Assembly (NCBI GenBank): GCA_023266055.1
Contig: JAHFRW010000003.1
Span: 202 to 64,201 of the forward strand
Direction: 5' to 3'
Source of the DNA: Gammaproteobacteria bacterium
Lineage (GTDB): Bacteria > Pseudomonadota > Gammaproteobacteria > Ga0077554 > Ga007554
Length of the DNA stretch: 64,000 bases
Shown here: piece by piece, positions 19,377-30,003 of the stretch
How the letters are laid out: each line of letters starts with the position of its first letter
How positions within the stretch are numbered: the first letter of the stretch is position 1
The notes under the pieces: model-generated
What the model saw: only the letters and a program-made list of their open reading frames with translations
Databases searched by the model: none
Told to the model about the DNA's origin: nothing
Position numbers and translations under genes: made by a program

Positions 19377-22300
19377 GTGAATTCTCTCCTGAGCAGTTTC
19401 CGATTCTTCAAGAAAGGCTGTAAATCCGCCGCGTGGCCAGTATTTGCGGGCCTGATAATTTTTGCTGGCATTGTCTTTACTCTCGTGCGACTTTGGTTGC
19501 CTGAGGCAGATCATTATCGTGCTGATATTGAGCGTTGGACCAGCGACTATATAGGGTTTCCAGTAACACTTGGTGCTATTCATGTCCGGTGGGACAGATT
19601 GCATCCACAGCTTGTTATCAAGGATGCTTGTCTCAGCAAAAAAGCCGGATCAAATGATGTAATGTGTGTCAAAGAGGTGCATCTTGCGCTTGATTTGTTG
19701 ACCCTCTTGAAGGGTGAGTCACCAGAGTTTGGTGATTTAACCCTGGTAGGCGTGAATATTTCTGTACTGCGTCGTGTTGATGGTAGTTTCGCAATTGTTG
19801 GTCTGGAGGATATGCCTGCCGATCCACATATGCAGGAATTGATGCAGCAATGGTTGATGAAACAGGATTATTTGATTATTAGAGATAGCCAGTTGCGCTG
19901 GCATGATGAGCGTAATGGACAGGTGCGGCAGTTCACACATGCGAATCTCGGATTGCACAACAAGGGCGATGCTCATTATCTGTCGGGAACGGTTTCCGTG
20001 GCGCCTGATCCTGCCACGAAAATAAAAATAATGCTTGATCTTCAGGGTGATATTTTTGGTTCGAGCGGCTGGTCAGGTAATGGGTATGTGGAGGGTGTTG
20101 CGGTTGATGTAGCCCAATGGTTGGCGGGGCGAGCGCTGGCAGGTGTCGAGGTTGATGCAGGACATGCTGATTTAAAAATCTGGGGTATCTGGGAGAATGC
20201 TCGTTTACAGCGAGTACGAGGTGAAGCGAAGCTGAGTCAATTACAACTTAAGAGTGCTGTGCAGCCATTGCTGGCCATGCAGGTCTTCACGGGACATTTT
20301 GACTGGCGTCGTCAGGCGCGGGGGTGGCGCCTGGATGCAGATCGCGTAACAGTAACGTATGCGGGTCATGCAAATGAAAAAGCGTCCGATAAAAAAATGG
20401 GGTTCCAGGTGGCTTTGTCTGAAGATGATGGCTCGTCTGTAATGGAGTTAGGCGCTCACCATATGCAATTGCAGGATGGTTTGGCGTTGGTGTTACTCAG
20501 TAATGTTATTGATGATACAACGCGGGAGGCGCTCACGGTAATGCGCCCAAGTGCGCAGCTTGATAAGACCTATATTCGTTATAACCACGACAAGGTGACT
20601 GGCAAGAATGCGTTTATTGCGCGTACTCGCTTTGATGATCTTGACGCGTCACGCTGGAAAAATCTACCAGGTATTACCGGGTTGGATGGTGTATTGCAGA
20701 TTAATGATCAGTCTGGTTCATTGATTCTGGATACGGCCGTGACACAGCTTGCCTTTGGTGATTTGTTTAGATCACCATTATCCATGAATACGTTAACCGG
20801 TGTTGTGGTATGGCAGCGTCAGGAAGGAATGTGGCGTATTCAGGCACATGAATTAAAAGTCGAAAATGCGGATATTGGTGGCTCGGTTAATGCGGTTATT
20901 GATCTTCCTGATGATGGAGGCTCTCCATTTGTTGACCTGGTCGCAGATTTTTCCAACGGTAATGTTGAACATGCAGCACGCTATTTTCCGGTGAGTATTA
21001 TGCCACAGGATACGATCACCTGGCTGGATCGCTCCCTGATAAGTGGTCAAGTTACGACAGGTCAGGCATTGTTTCATGGGCGTGTAGCAGATTTTCCGTT
21101 TGATGGCGGAACGGGGCGATTTGAAGTGCGGTTTAATGTTAGCGAAGGTGTTCTGGATTATGCTCCCGGTTGGCCGCGTCTGGAGAAAATAGCAACCGAA
21201 GTGGTATTTAGTGAGCGTCGTATGGATATCCATGCGGTGACAGCCCAAAGCCTTGCCTCGGACATCCGACAGGTTCATGCCTCTATTGAAGATCTGGATG
21301 GTAATCCAGCGCTGTTACGTATTAAGGGTAAGGCAGAAGGTCCGACAGCCGATGCCTTGCGCTATGTGAGGGAAAGCCCTCTGGATAAGGACATTGGCAA
21401 ATATTTTGGTAGTGCCCGTACGCAGGGTCGTAGTGCATTGAATCTGGCGCTTGACATACCGCTGACTGAAACTGCGACGAATCGTATCAAGGGCGCCCTG
21501 GATTTTAATAATAGCAGTCTGATTTTTACCGATACCGGTATGGATACGGGATCGGGGGGTGGCGTGGAATTATCCGCGATCAACGGTACTTTGAATTTTA
21601 CGGAAACATCGCTTGCAGCGCGTGATATTCGTGCTACGGTATTAGGGCAGAGCACGGGAGTTGACGTGATCACGGAAGCTGGAAAGGGTGGCGCGTTACG
21701 TTTTGAGGCACGTGGCCGAGTTGATACCCAGGTCTTGGCTCAATACGTGAAATCGCCTTTACTGGCTTATTTTTCGGGAGAATCGGGCTGGTTGGCCACT
21801 TTGCGGGTGGTTGATACGGACAAGGAAACGGTAAATGCTACATTGCGTATTGAATCACCACTAAAGGGTATGGTGGTGGCGCTGCCAGCACCCCTGGGTA
21901 AAACTGCCATGCAGCAACGTGGAATCGTTGTAGAAACGGTATTTCCGCGCACTGCCAGTACGCCTTTTAATGTAAAATACGGTGATTCCGTCAAAAGTGT
22001 GTTCAGTGTGGGCCATGACAATGTTCCCGATCGTGGTGAATTGCGTCTTGGTAATAGTGCAGGAGACAGTAATTTGACGCTTCCTGCGGCGCCTGGGTGG
22101 CGTGTTGCGGGGGAGTTACCCGAGTTTTCGGTGACGGAATGGTTGAATTTCATGGGTGCCGAGCCCCGAAATACTGCGTCACCCACGGCACCGCGCGTGA
22201 ACGATGTTGATGTGCGTATTGCTGCATTTGAGGCTTTTGGACATGCCTTGAAAAATGTTCAAATACAAGCCATAAATAATGTTCAGGAATGGGATGCAAC

Positions 22301-23261
22301 CATTACCAGTCCCAAAGTGAGTGGCAGATTGCGGCTGCCACATGCTGCATCTGCCCCGGTAACGGCTGATTTTGATTATATTGAGCTGGCCAGGGGGGGC
22401 GATAAAAATCGTGATGCGGGCGATTACACCCCTGATCCGTACCAGATTCCGCCGTTGCGTATTACAAGTAAGCGGTTTTCATATTATGGAATGAATCTGG
22501 GTAGTTTGAGTCTCATTACCTCACCGCAACCTGCCGGTTTGCATGTGGATAGCCTGCAAATAGTATCAGGTGCGACACAAATTACCGGATTGGGCGATTG
22601 GACTGTGGGTAAGCAGGGACAGAATTCATCATTCAATCTGACGATTAACAGTAACAATCTTGGCAAAACCTTTCGTGAGTTTGGTTTTGCTGATACCTTT
22701 GCCGAAGGATATGGGCGTGTCGATCTGATGGCTCATTGGCCATCGGCCCCTGCGGCGTTTACACTAGGGCAATTGCAGGGTAATTTACGCATGAATCTCA
22801 AAAAAGGCAGATTACTGGATGTTGATCCCGGCGCTGGGCGATTATTTGGTTTAATGGCCCTGAACTTCAAGGGATTGTTTAGCAAGGGTTTCAGTTTTGA
22901 TGATATTTCCGGAGATTTTGCCATTACGGATGGTAATGCCTATACCTCTAATTTGACCATGGTTGGCCCCTCGGCACAGGTTGCCGTACAGGGTCGAGTA
23001 GGTTTGGCCGCTAGAGATTATGATCAAAGTATTACGGTGACACCACGCTCGTCATCCGCCTTGCCTTTGGCGGGTGTATTGACGGGGGGGCCAGGATTGG
23101 GAGCGGCGATATTCCTGTTTCAGAAATTATTTCAGTCAGAGCTTGACCGGATTACACGTTATCAATATACCGTCAAAGGTGCATGGGATAACCCCGAATT
23201 TGATTTGTCATCCAAAGATAAGGAAACACCGCCGGCGGATGCCGTGACGGGACCACGATAG
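19377..23261 (+). CDS. yhdP: YhdP (AsmA2-family) phospholipid transport protein
   Basis: 1294 aa, N-terminal TM, position rng-yhdP-nitrilase-tldD, C-terminal LFSKGFSFD...YTVKGAWDNP. Confidence 0.93.
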   Translation: MNSLLSSFRFFKKGCKSAAWPVFAGLIIFAGIVFTLVRLWLPEADHYRADIERWTSDYIGFPVTLGAIHVRWDRLHPQLVIKDACLSKKAGSNDVMCVKEVHLALDLLTLLKGESPEFGDLTLVGVNISVLRRVDGSFAIVGLEDMPADPHMQELMQQWLMKQDYLIIRDSQLRWHDERNGQVRQFTHANLGLHNKGDAHYLSGTVSVAPDPATKIKIMLDLQGDIFGSSGWSGNGYVEGVAVDVAQWLAGRALAGVEVDAGHADLKIWGIWENARLQRVRGEAKLSQLQLKSAVQPLLAMQVFTGHFDWRRQARGWRLDADRVTVTYAGHANEKASDKKMGFQVALSEDDGSSVMELGAHHMQLQDGLALVLLSNVIDDTTREALTVMRPSAQLDKTYIRYNHDKVTGKNAFIARTRFDDLDASRWKNLPGITGLDGVLQINDQSGSLILDTAVTQLAFGDLFRSPLSMNTLTGVVVWQRQEGMWRIQAHELKVENADIGGSVNAVIDLPDDGGSPFVDLVADFSNGNVEHAARYFPVSIMPQDTITWLDRSLISGQVTTGQALFHGRVADFPFDGGTGRFEVRFNVSEGVLDYAPGWPRLEKIATEVVFSERRMDIHAVTAQSLASDIRQVHASIEDLDGNPALLRIKGKAEGPTADALRYVRESPLDKDIGKYFGSARTQGRSALNLALDIPLTETATNRIKGALDFNNSSLIFTDTGMDTGSGGGVELSAINGTLNFTETSLAARDIRATVLGQSTGVDVITEAGKGGALRFEARGRVDTQVLAQYVKSPLLAYFSGESGWLATLRVVDTDKETVNATLRIESPLKGMVVALPAPLGKTAMQQRGIVVETVFPRTASTPFNVKYGDSVKSVFSVGHDNVPDRGELRLGNSAGDSNLTLPAAPGWRVAGELPEFSVTEWLNFMGAEPRNTASPTAPRVNDVDVRIAAFEAFGHALKNVQIQAINNVQEWDATITSPKVSGRLRLPHAASAPVTADFDYIELARGGDKNRDAGDYTPDPYQIPPLRITSKRFSYYGMNLGSLSLITSPQPAGLHVDSLQIVSGATQITGLGDWTVGKQGQNSSFNLTINSNNLGKTFREFGFADTFAEGYGRVDLMAHWPSAPAAFTLGQLQGNLRMNLKKGRLLDVDPGAGRLFGLMALNFKGLFSKGFSFDDISGDFAITDGNAYTSNLTMVGPSAQVAVQGRVGLAARDYDQSITVTPRSSSALPLAGVLTGGPGLGAAIFLFQKLFQSELDRITRYQYTVKGAWDNPEFDLSSKDKETPPADAVTGPR

Positions 23262-23298
23262 TCGCTAACATTAAAATAAAAGGAAGGATGCCAGCCTG

Positions 23299-23788
23299 AT
23301 GCATTTTTTTAATTTACATTCCTGTTTCGCACGGATCCATCTGTTGTTGGCAGGTGTGTTTTTTATCCCTGTGGTTTGTCTGGCAACAGACGGATTGCCG
23401 GGTCAAGAGAATGCTGCTATGGCATCAAGTATAAGTGTCGGGCAATGGAGTGCGCCACGTAGTGGTGAAGCAGTACTCGCGTTTTCTGAGTTACGGGGGG
23501 TAATGGAAGAAATTATTCAACAGTCCGACAAAAGTATCATGCTGCATTATCCTCAGGGCGAGCGTGGCAAGGCATGGGGGGAAGTTGCGTGATTGGTTAG
23601 TGACTCTGGGGTTGCCATCGAGTCGTATTCAACTGATGCCGGGTAATGCCGGTGATATGGTTAAGGTGATGCAAGTGGCCACCACACAACGTCAGAGTGA
23701 CTGGCAAAATGCCATGCCGCAACCCGTGGTAGAGTCATTTCAAATTCAGGAAGCTACGGATATTACCGATGGAGTGGAGATACCATGA
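23299..23788 (+). pseudogene. Conserved exported hypothetical protein split by a frameshift
   Basis: WSAPRSGEAV...HYPQGERGKAW continues as LRDWLVTLGLPSSRIQL in another frame across a G6 run at 23576-23581. Confidence 0.65.
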
Positions 23789-24603
23789 GCCAGGTTGCCG
23801 CTATTCAAATGGCTTCAGGGCCCAATATCAGTGCCAACTTACTGGAAGCTTCACGGCTGATCAGCCGTGCCGCGGCTGCGGGTGCAGGGTTGGTCGTGTT
23901 GCCTGAAAATTTTGCCCTGATGGGTATGAGCGAATTTGACAAAGTGAGAATTCGTGAACCGGATGGCAGTGGGCCAATACAGGAGTTTTTGGCGTATCAG
24001 GCCACAAGAAACGGCGTGTGGCTGGTAGGTGGTACGATTCCGCTGATAGCTACCCATAGTCAGAAAGTACGCGCCGCCTGCTTGGTATTTGATCCCACAG
24101 GCACACGTGTTGCGCGTTATGACAAGATCCATATGTTTGATGTGCGCGTGACAGAAAGTGGCGAGAATTATACCGAATCTGACACCATAGAAGCGGGGGA
24201 TACACCGCTTGTGCTTGATACTCCGTTCGGAAAATTGGGATTGGCTGTATGCTACGACCTGCGTTTTCCAGAGCTTTTTCGGCAGTTACTCGAGAAGGGC
24301 GCGGAAGTGCTTGTCATACCGTCGGCCTTTACCGCCATTACGGGTAAGGCACATTGGGAAATTCTGGTACGTGCCCGAGCGATAGAAAATCTGTGTTATG
24401 TTGTCGCAGCAGCGCAAGGTGGCTATCATCTTGGGGGGCGTGAGACCCACGGTGATAGCATGATTGTTGGCCCATGGGGTGTGATATTGGACCGGTTGCC
24501 GCGTGGCTCAGGTTTTATAAGTACGGAAATCGATCATAATAGCCTGGAAAGCATGCGCCGCAATTTTCCGGCAACACAGCATCGTCGTTTGGGGTGCACT
24601 TGA
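23785..24603 (+). CDS. Carbon-nitrogen hydrolase (Nit1/deaminated glutathione amidase-like)
   Basis: LPENF, YDKIHMFD, CYDLRFPE triad motifs, RARAIEN. Confidence 0.93.
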   Translation: MSQVAAIQMASGPNISANLLEASRLISRAAAAGAGLVVLPENFALMGMSEFDKVRIREPDGSGPIQEFLAYQATRNGVWLVGGTIPLIATHSQKVRAACLVFDPTGTRVARYDKIHMFDVRVTESGENYTESDTIEAGDTPLVLDTPFGKLGLAVCYDLRFPELFRQLLEKGAEVLVIPSAFTAITGKAHWEILVRARAIENLCYVVAAAQGGYHLGGRETHGDSMIVGPWGVILDRLPRGSGFISTEIDHNSLESMRRNFPATQHRRLGCT

Positions 24604-24794
24604 ATTATCGCATTGGAATCCCGAAGTATGAATAATGCAGAATGGGTTGCCGCAAGGCCTGATAACATGCAAAGAGGTCAAAAAAATTGATGGGCAGGAG
24701 TATACGGCTATCAAAAATCTCTAGCGCCAGCCGGATGCCGAAAAATTGACAAAAAATCATTCCACGCACAGAACATGCGATTGACTCAGGAGAT

Positions 24795-26249
24795 ATGCAT
24801 CACACCATGAATACATCACTTGATATTGCCCGTCAGTTGATTCTGACTCCTTCTGGATTAGCAGAAAAAGACCTGCATAATGTGCTTGAGCAAGTGCTGA
24901 GCCATGCTGTCGATAGTGCCGATCTTTACTTTCAGAATACCCATTTTGAATCCTGGTCGCTGGAGGATGGTATCGTCAAGGAAGGTAGCTACAGCATAGA
25001 CCGTGGTGTGGGTGTGCGTGCCATCAGTGGTGAAAAAACCGGATTTGCCTATTCTGATGACATCGCCTTGCCTGCGTTGACTCAGGCTGCACACGCGGCT
25101 CGGGCCATTGCGCGCAGTAGCGGTCAAGGTCGGGTCAATGTCAGGCCAGGCATACAAGGGCGCGAATTATATCTTTCTGTTAATCCGTTACAAACACTGG
25201 CAGAGCAGGATAAGGTAAGTTTGCTGGAATCATTGGATGCCGAAGCACGCAAGCAAGATCCACGCGTCAAACAGGTGATGGTAAGTCTTGCGGGTAGCTA
25301 CGATGTGGTGATGGTTGTGGGCAGTGATGGCACATTGGCGGCCGATATGCGTCCACTGGTGCGATTGAATGTCAGCGTTATTGTCGAGCACAATGGCCGC
25401 CGTGAGCAAGGTTCCTCCGGTGGTGGCGGACGGGTAGGGTACGATTATTTTCTGCAAAATGATCGTGGTCTGGGCTATGCACATGAAGCGGTGCGTCAGG
25501 CACTGGTTAATCTGGATGCGCGTAATGCCCCTGCGGGAACCATGCAAGTAGTATTAGGGCCGGGCTGGCCCGGCATTTTGCTGCATGAAGCAATTGGTCA
25601 CGGCCTGGAAGGGGACTTTAACCGCAAGGGTACCTCTGCTTTTGCAGGACGTGTCGGTGAAAAAGTGGCGTCGGAACACTGCACTGTTGTGGATGACGGA
25701 ACACTTGACAGCCGTCGAGGTTCCTTGAATATTGATGACGAAGGCACGCCCACGCAATGCACGGTGCTGATTGAGAATGGCATACTCAAAGGCTACATGC
25801 AGGACAAGATGAATGCTCAATTAATGGGTGTTGCGCCCACTGGTAATGGGCGTCGTGAATCCTATGCGCATCTGCCCATGCCACGCATGACCAACACCTA
25901 CATGCTGGCGGGGAAACATGACCCACAGGAAATCATCGCCTCGGTTAAAAACGGGTTGTATGCCGTAAATTTTGGTGGGGGGCAGGTTGATATCACGTCC
26001 GGTAAATTCGTGTTTTCGGCAAGCGAAGCCTATATGATTGAGAACGGTAAAATTACTTACCCTGTCAAAGGTGCAACACTGATTGGCAATGGCCCTGATG
26101 TATTGACCCGTGTTGCCATGGTAGGTAATGACCTGAAACTGGATACAGGTGTAGGTACATGTGGGAAGGATGGACAGAGTGTACCTGTAGGTGTTGGCCA
26201 GCCAACCTTACGCATAGATGGATTGACGGTGGGGGGAACCAGTGCCTAA
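24795..26249 (+). CDS. tldD: Metalloprotease TldD
   Basis: [37 protein letters not shown]. Confidence 0.97.
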   Translation: MHHTMNTSLDIARQLILTPSGLAEKDLHNVLEQVLSHAVDSADLYFQNTHFESWSLEDGIVKEGSYSIDRGVGVRAISGEKTGFAYSDDIALPALTQAAHAARAIARSSGQGRVNVRPGIQGRELYLSVNPLQTLAEQDKVSLLESLDAEARKQDPRVKQVMVSLAGSYDVVMVVGSDGTLAADMRPLVRLNVSVIVEHNGRREQGSSGGGGRVGYDYFLQNDRGLGYAHEAVRQALVNLDARNAPAGTMQVVLGPGWPGILLHEAIGHGLEGDFNRKGTSAFAGRVGEKVASEHCTVVDDGTLDSRRGSLNIDDEGTPTQCTVLIENGILKGYMQDKMNAQLMGVAPTGNGRRESYAHLPMPRMTNTYMLAGKHDPQEIIASVKNGLYAVNFGGGQVDITSGKFVFSASEAYMIENGKITYPVKGATLIGNGPDVLTRVAMVGNDLKLDTGVGTCGKDGQSVPVGVGQPTLRIDGLTVGGTSA

Positions 26250-26270
26250 GCGTTCATATTGGATTTCGAT

Positions 26271-26302
26271 AACGATTTTGATCTGAAACGATTTTGATCT
26301 GA
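26271..26302. repeat. 16-bp tandem duplication
   Basis: AACGATTTTGATCTGA twice, exact, between convergent tldD and yjgA. Confidence 0.8.
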
Positions 26303-26319
26303 TATGGCGCCCAGGGTTT

Positions 26320-26832
26320 CTATTCACCGATGACCTCTCTTAAATAGCGAAATAGGGTACGTGCGCTACTGGGTGGTTTACCGGCTTTGGACTCACGTTC
26401 GGCATTGCGAATTAATTGGCGCAAGTGCTGGCTGTCAGCCGCAGGGTACTCGCCGAGAAATTCGCTCACCGCCGTATCGCCTTCGCTGAGCAGTTGGTCG
26501 CGCCAGCGTTCCAGGCGATGGAAATGCACAGCGGCATGTTGACCATGATTGTGCAGTGCGTCGAGTGCTGCCTGAATCGGGGTGGCGTCGATTTTGCGCA
26601 TGACCTTGCCAATGTATTGTAACTGGCGCTTGTGCGCGCCACGTTCGGTAATGGTGCGTGCAGCCATGACTGCATTGAGCAGGTTTTCCGGCATGGGGAC
26701 CGTGTTCAATTGGCTGGCAGGGAGCTTCACCAAAGCCTCGCCCAACTCTTGCAAGGCGGTCATATCGCGCTTGAGTTGGGATTTGCTTTTCTGTTCGGGG
26801 TCTGTATCTTCAAAGGTGTCTTCAGTGGACAT
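26320..26832 (-). CDS. yjgA: Ribosome maturation factor YjgA/DarP (DUF615)
   Basis: KSKSQLKRD, RQLQYIGKVMR, LERWRDQL; located between tldD and pmbA. Confidence 0.93.
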   Translation of the reverse strand: MSTEDTFEDTDPEQKSKSQLKRDMTALQELGEALVKLPASQLNTVPMPENLLNAVMAARTITERGAHKRQLQYIGKVMRKIDATPIQAALDALHNHGQHAAVHFHRLERWRDQLLSEGDTAVSEFLGEYPAADSQHLRQLIRNAERESKAGKPPSSARTLFRYLREVIGE

Positions 26833-26876
26833 GGGCCGGATTATCAAAAAGTTAATGAGATTAGAGAGTATTCACA

Positions 26877-28229
26877 ATGCCACAGATTACAGCGATAGAC
26901 AACTTAACGCCAAATAATACCCAGCTTCAAGATCTGGTGCATAGCATGCTCGCCGAAGCGCGGACCCAAGGTGCCAGTGCTGCTGAAGTCGGAGTCAGTA
27001 TAGAAACCGGCTTATCCGTTAATGTTCGTTTGGGCGAGGTTGAGACGCTCGAATATAACCGTGACAAGGGTTTAGGTGTTACCGTGTATTTTGGCCAGCG
27101 TAAAGGGTCAGCCAATACCTCTGATTTTACACCAGAAGCAATGCGTGAGACAGTGCGCGCCGCGTGTGGTATCGCAAAATATACCGCTGCGGATGAATAT
27201 TCGGGCCTTGCGGATGCTCAGTTGATGGCACGTGACATTCCTGACCTTGATTTGTGTCACCCCTGGGGTATCAACGCAGAACAGGCGATCGAGCTGGCGA
27301 GTGAGTGTGAAGGCGTTGCACGCAGCATGGATACCCGTATCACCAATTCCGAGGGCGCCAGCGTCTCCAGTCATGAAGGTTACCGTGTGTATGGTAATAG
27401 TCACGGTTTTATCGGTGCCTATCCCAGCACCCGGCACAGTTTAAGCTGTGCCGTCATCGGTGGTGAAGGTGAGTCCATGCAGCGCGATTACTGGTTTAGC
27501 GTTGCACGTAACAGTGCCGATCTTGATTCGGCGACAGAGGTGGGGCGCCGTGCTGCTGAGCGCACGCTACGCCGTCTGAATGGCCAACGTTTATCTACCC
27601 GTCAGTCGCCGGTGATTTTCTCTGCTGAGGTTGCGACTGGCTTGCTGTCGCATTTCATTAGCGCGATTCGTGGTGGTGCATTATACCGTAAGGCGACGTT
27701 CCTGCTTGATCATTTGGGCAAGCCGATATTTCCTGATTTTGTACATATTCATGAAGCACCGCATATCAGGAAAGGCTTGGGCAGCGCTCCGTTTGATAGT
27801 GAGGGTGTGGCGACGTGCGTGCGTGATATAGTGAGTGAGGGTGTGTTGCAAAGCTATGTTCTTGATGCCTACGCAGCTCGCAAACTCGGCATGCAGACTA
27901 CGGGTAATGCGGGTGGTGTGCATAACCTGATTATTGATTCAGGCAAGCTTGACTTGAAGGCATTGCTGAAACATATGGACAAGGGTTTGCTGGTCACCGA
28001 GTTGATGGGGATGGGTATTAATATCGTTACGGGTGATTACTCGCGTGGTGCCGCCGGTTTCTGGGTGGAACATGGTGAAATTCAATATCCAGTAGAGGAG
28101 ATTACCATTGCGGGTAACTTGCGTGATATCTTCATGAGCATCATCGATGTCGGTACTGATATCGAACGTCGTGGCAGTATACATACAGGATCAATTTTAG
28201 TACGGGAAATGACTATTGCTGGTGAGTAA
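26877..28229 (+). CDS. pmbA: Metalloprotease PmbA/TldE
   Basis: VNVRLGEVE, MQRDYW, TTGNAGG, TGDYSRGAAG, TIAGNL. Confidence 0.96.
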   Translation: MPQITAIDNLTPNNTQLQDLVHSMLAEARTQGASAAEVGVSIETGLSVNVRLGEVETLEYNRDKGLGVTVYFGQRKGSANTSDFTPEAMRETVRAACGIAKYTAADEYSGLADAQLMARDIPDLDLCHPWGINAEQAIELASECEGVARSMDTRITNSEGASVSSHEGYRVYGNSHGFIGAYPSTRHSLSCAVIGGEGESMQRDYWFSVARNSADLDSATEVGRRAAERTLRRLNGQRLSTRQSPVIFSAEVATGLLSHFISAIRGGALYRKATFLLDHLGKPIFPDFVHIHEAPHIRKGLGSAPFDSEGVATCVRDIVSEGVLQSYVLDAYAARKLGMQTTGNAGGVHNLIIDSGKLDLKALLKHMDKGLLVTELMGMGINIVTGDYSRGAAGFWVEHGEIQYPVEEITIAGNLRDIFMSIIDVGTDIERRGSIHTGSILVREMTIAGE

Positions 28230-28276
28230 TTCTGTGTGCGCCAGTGAATGTCGTCATGGCATAAGGAAGCCTTTTA

Positions 28277-28921
28277 ATGGGAAACCTTTTCGGGATGGAA
28301 CAAGGTCTGATCTGGCTTTCGTTTATACTGCTGACGGGTTATCATGCCCACCTGATATACCGGGTGAAACATAAGCCCCTGACCACTACCATTGGGTTAA
28401 ACATCCAGGTGCGTCGCGCCTGGGTCGAAACCATTATGGAAGACCGGCTCGATATTCTGGCGGTACAGACTTTACGTAACTGGAGCATGGCGGCCAGTTT
28501 TCTTGCAACTACCGCGATCCTGATCTGTCTCGGTACACTTAATGCCGCGTTTGTTTCAAGTAGTAGTGGTGGCTTACGGGTTATTTCTGAGCTCAGTCAT
28601 GAAGGTAATGGATTACTGCAATTAAAACTACTATTATTGATTATTGTATTTTTCTTCGCCTTTTTTAACTTTTCGCTCGCTATCCGTTCCTACAATCGCA
28701 CTGGCTTCATGATTAATATCCCGCTGGCGCGCGCCCCCTTGATGACGCCGGATTTTGTTGCGCGTGTATTAGGACGTGGCATGAATCATTATTCACTCGG
28801 CATGCGTGGCTATTATCTTTCTGTGCCCTTGGTGTTATGGCTATTTGGCCCGTATTGGCTGGCGGCAGGCACAGTAGTGTTATTATTTGTGATGTATAAT
28901 ATAGATTATAGTCTGGATTGA
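28277..28921 (+). CDS. DUF599 family membrane protein
   Basis: ILAVQTLRNWSMAASFLATT, GMRGYYLSVPLVLWLFGP. Confidence 0.88.
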   Translation: MGNLFGMEQGLIWLSFILLTGYHAHLIYRVKHKPLTTTIGLNIQVRRAWVETIMEDRLDILAVQTLRNWSMAASFLATTAILICLGTLNAAFVSSSSGGLRVISELSHEGNGLLQLKLLLLIIVFFFAFFNFSLAIRSYNRTGFMINIPLARAPLMTPDFVARVLGRGMNHYSLGMRGYYLSVPLVLWLFGPYWLAAGTVVLLFVMYNIDYSLD

Positions 28922-28991
28922 TTGTCTACGAAAAATGGCCTGGCTTGATAGCGTGCCCTGATAAGCCAACAGTGGTTTCACGTCATTGTAT

Positions 28992-29573
28992 TCAGGTTGA
29001 GAGTAACCGCCTTCGATACGCAATCATCAATATCAGCAGCAGGCATGCCAAGGCTATGACGGCAGGAAACAAAACCGTTGTCAGCGAATAGTGTTCCAAT
29101 GCCATAATCACGAGGCTATTGCGTGCCATAAACAGCATAAAAAACGATAATTGTTCATCAAAAGGAAAGTGGTATGCCTTTCTGAACGTTGGCGCAAACC
29201 CAAAAATATCCACTATGGTCAATATGATCACTGCCCATAATGGGTCAGAGGTGAAATACCAGAATGGCAAGGAGGACATTGCTGCCAGGAAGAAAACCCA
29301 GTCGGTCTTGGTGATGGTAATATCCGATCTTTTTATAAACGCAAGTACCGCAACATATATGGTAATAATGCCTGACACGCCTATTGGCCAGGCACCTGCG
29401 CCACCATCATCTTCGAGTTGCGCCAGAAAAACAATGAATGTAGTCGAACCCCAAATAACCCATGAAAAAACATGCGGCCTGATTTTTTCCTGCATGATTG
29501 AGCGTATATAGGGGAAAAAAGCAATAAATGTGAGTGCAATGGCAATTACACTGAGTAGCTCTTTATAGGCCAT
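28992..29573 (-). CDS. Hypothetical multi-pass membrane protein with PQ-loop-like duplication
   Basis: Largely hydrophobic; two related segments FFPYIRSIMQEKIRPHVFSW and FAPTFRKAYHFPFDEQLSF. Confidence 0.7.
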   Translation of the reverse strand: MAYKELLSVIAIALTFIAFFPYIRSIMQEKIRPHVFSWVIWGSTTFIVFLAQLEDDGGAGAWPIGVSGIITIYVAVLAFIKRSDITITKTDWVFFLAAMSSLPFWYFTSDPLWAVIILTIVDIFGFAPTFRKAYHFPFDEQLSFFMLFMARNSLVIMALEHYSLTTVLFPAVIALACLLLILMIAYRRRLLST

Positions 29574-29913
29574 GGTTTGAGATTTTTACCTTTGGGTGAT
29601 TCCTCCAGTATAATAAAAATTTACCGATTTTGGGAGGCATGTCTTCTGGTGTGTCTGTATATAGTGCGATTTTCCAGGCTATTCAAAACGCCAGCATATC
29701 ATGGCTGCTGTTCTATCCTGAAGCCCGAGCTTTAATCTTCCAGGCGACGGTGTCCTGTAGGGTTATTACAGTCGAAGGAATCGTTATACCAAACAAAGGG
29801 TGTCGAGATTGAAGTTCTTTGACGCACATTTACATGTGACGCTGACTTGGAAAGAGTCAAGAGTTGCGAAGTCCTGGGTGGCGCTATTGTTTCAGCGGCG
29901 CCTTTGAGAGTTT

Positions 29914-29979
29914 AGGGGCAGGCCGTACGTTTGACATTTAGGCCAAATGCAACCGTGTCAAATGTAAGGCCTGGCCCCT
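29914..29979. repeat. Inverted REP-like pair
   Basis: AGGGGCAGGCCGTACGTTTGACA ... TGTCAAATGTAAGGCCTGGCCCCT. Confidence 0.7.
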
Positions 29980-30003
29980 GATGTTTGTGTTGCAAAAGGA
30001 CGG

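Noticed and set aside
23785-28229. TldD/PmbA plus nitrilase as a RiPP biosynthetic cluster
   Set aside because: This is the standard conserved rng-yhdP-nit-tldD-yjgA-pmbA locus, with no precursor peptide or YcaO
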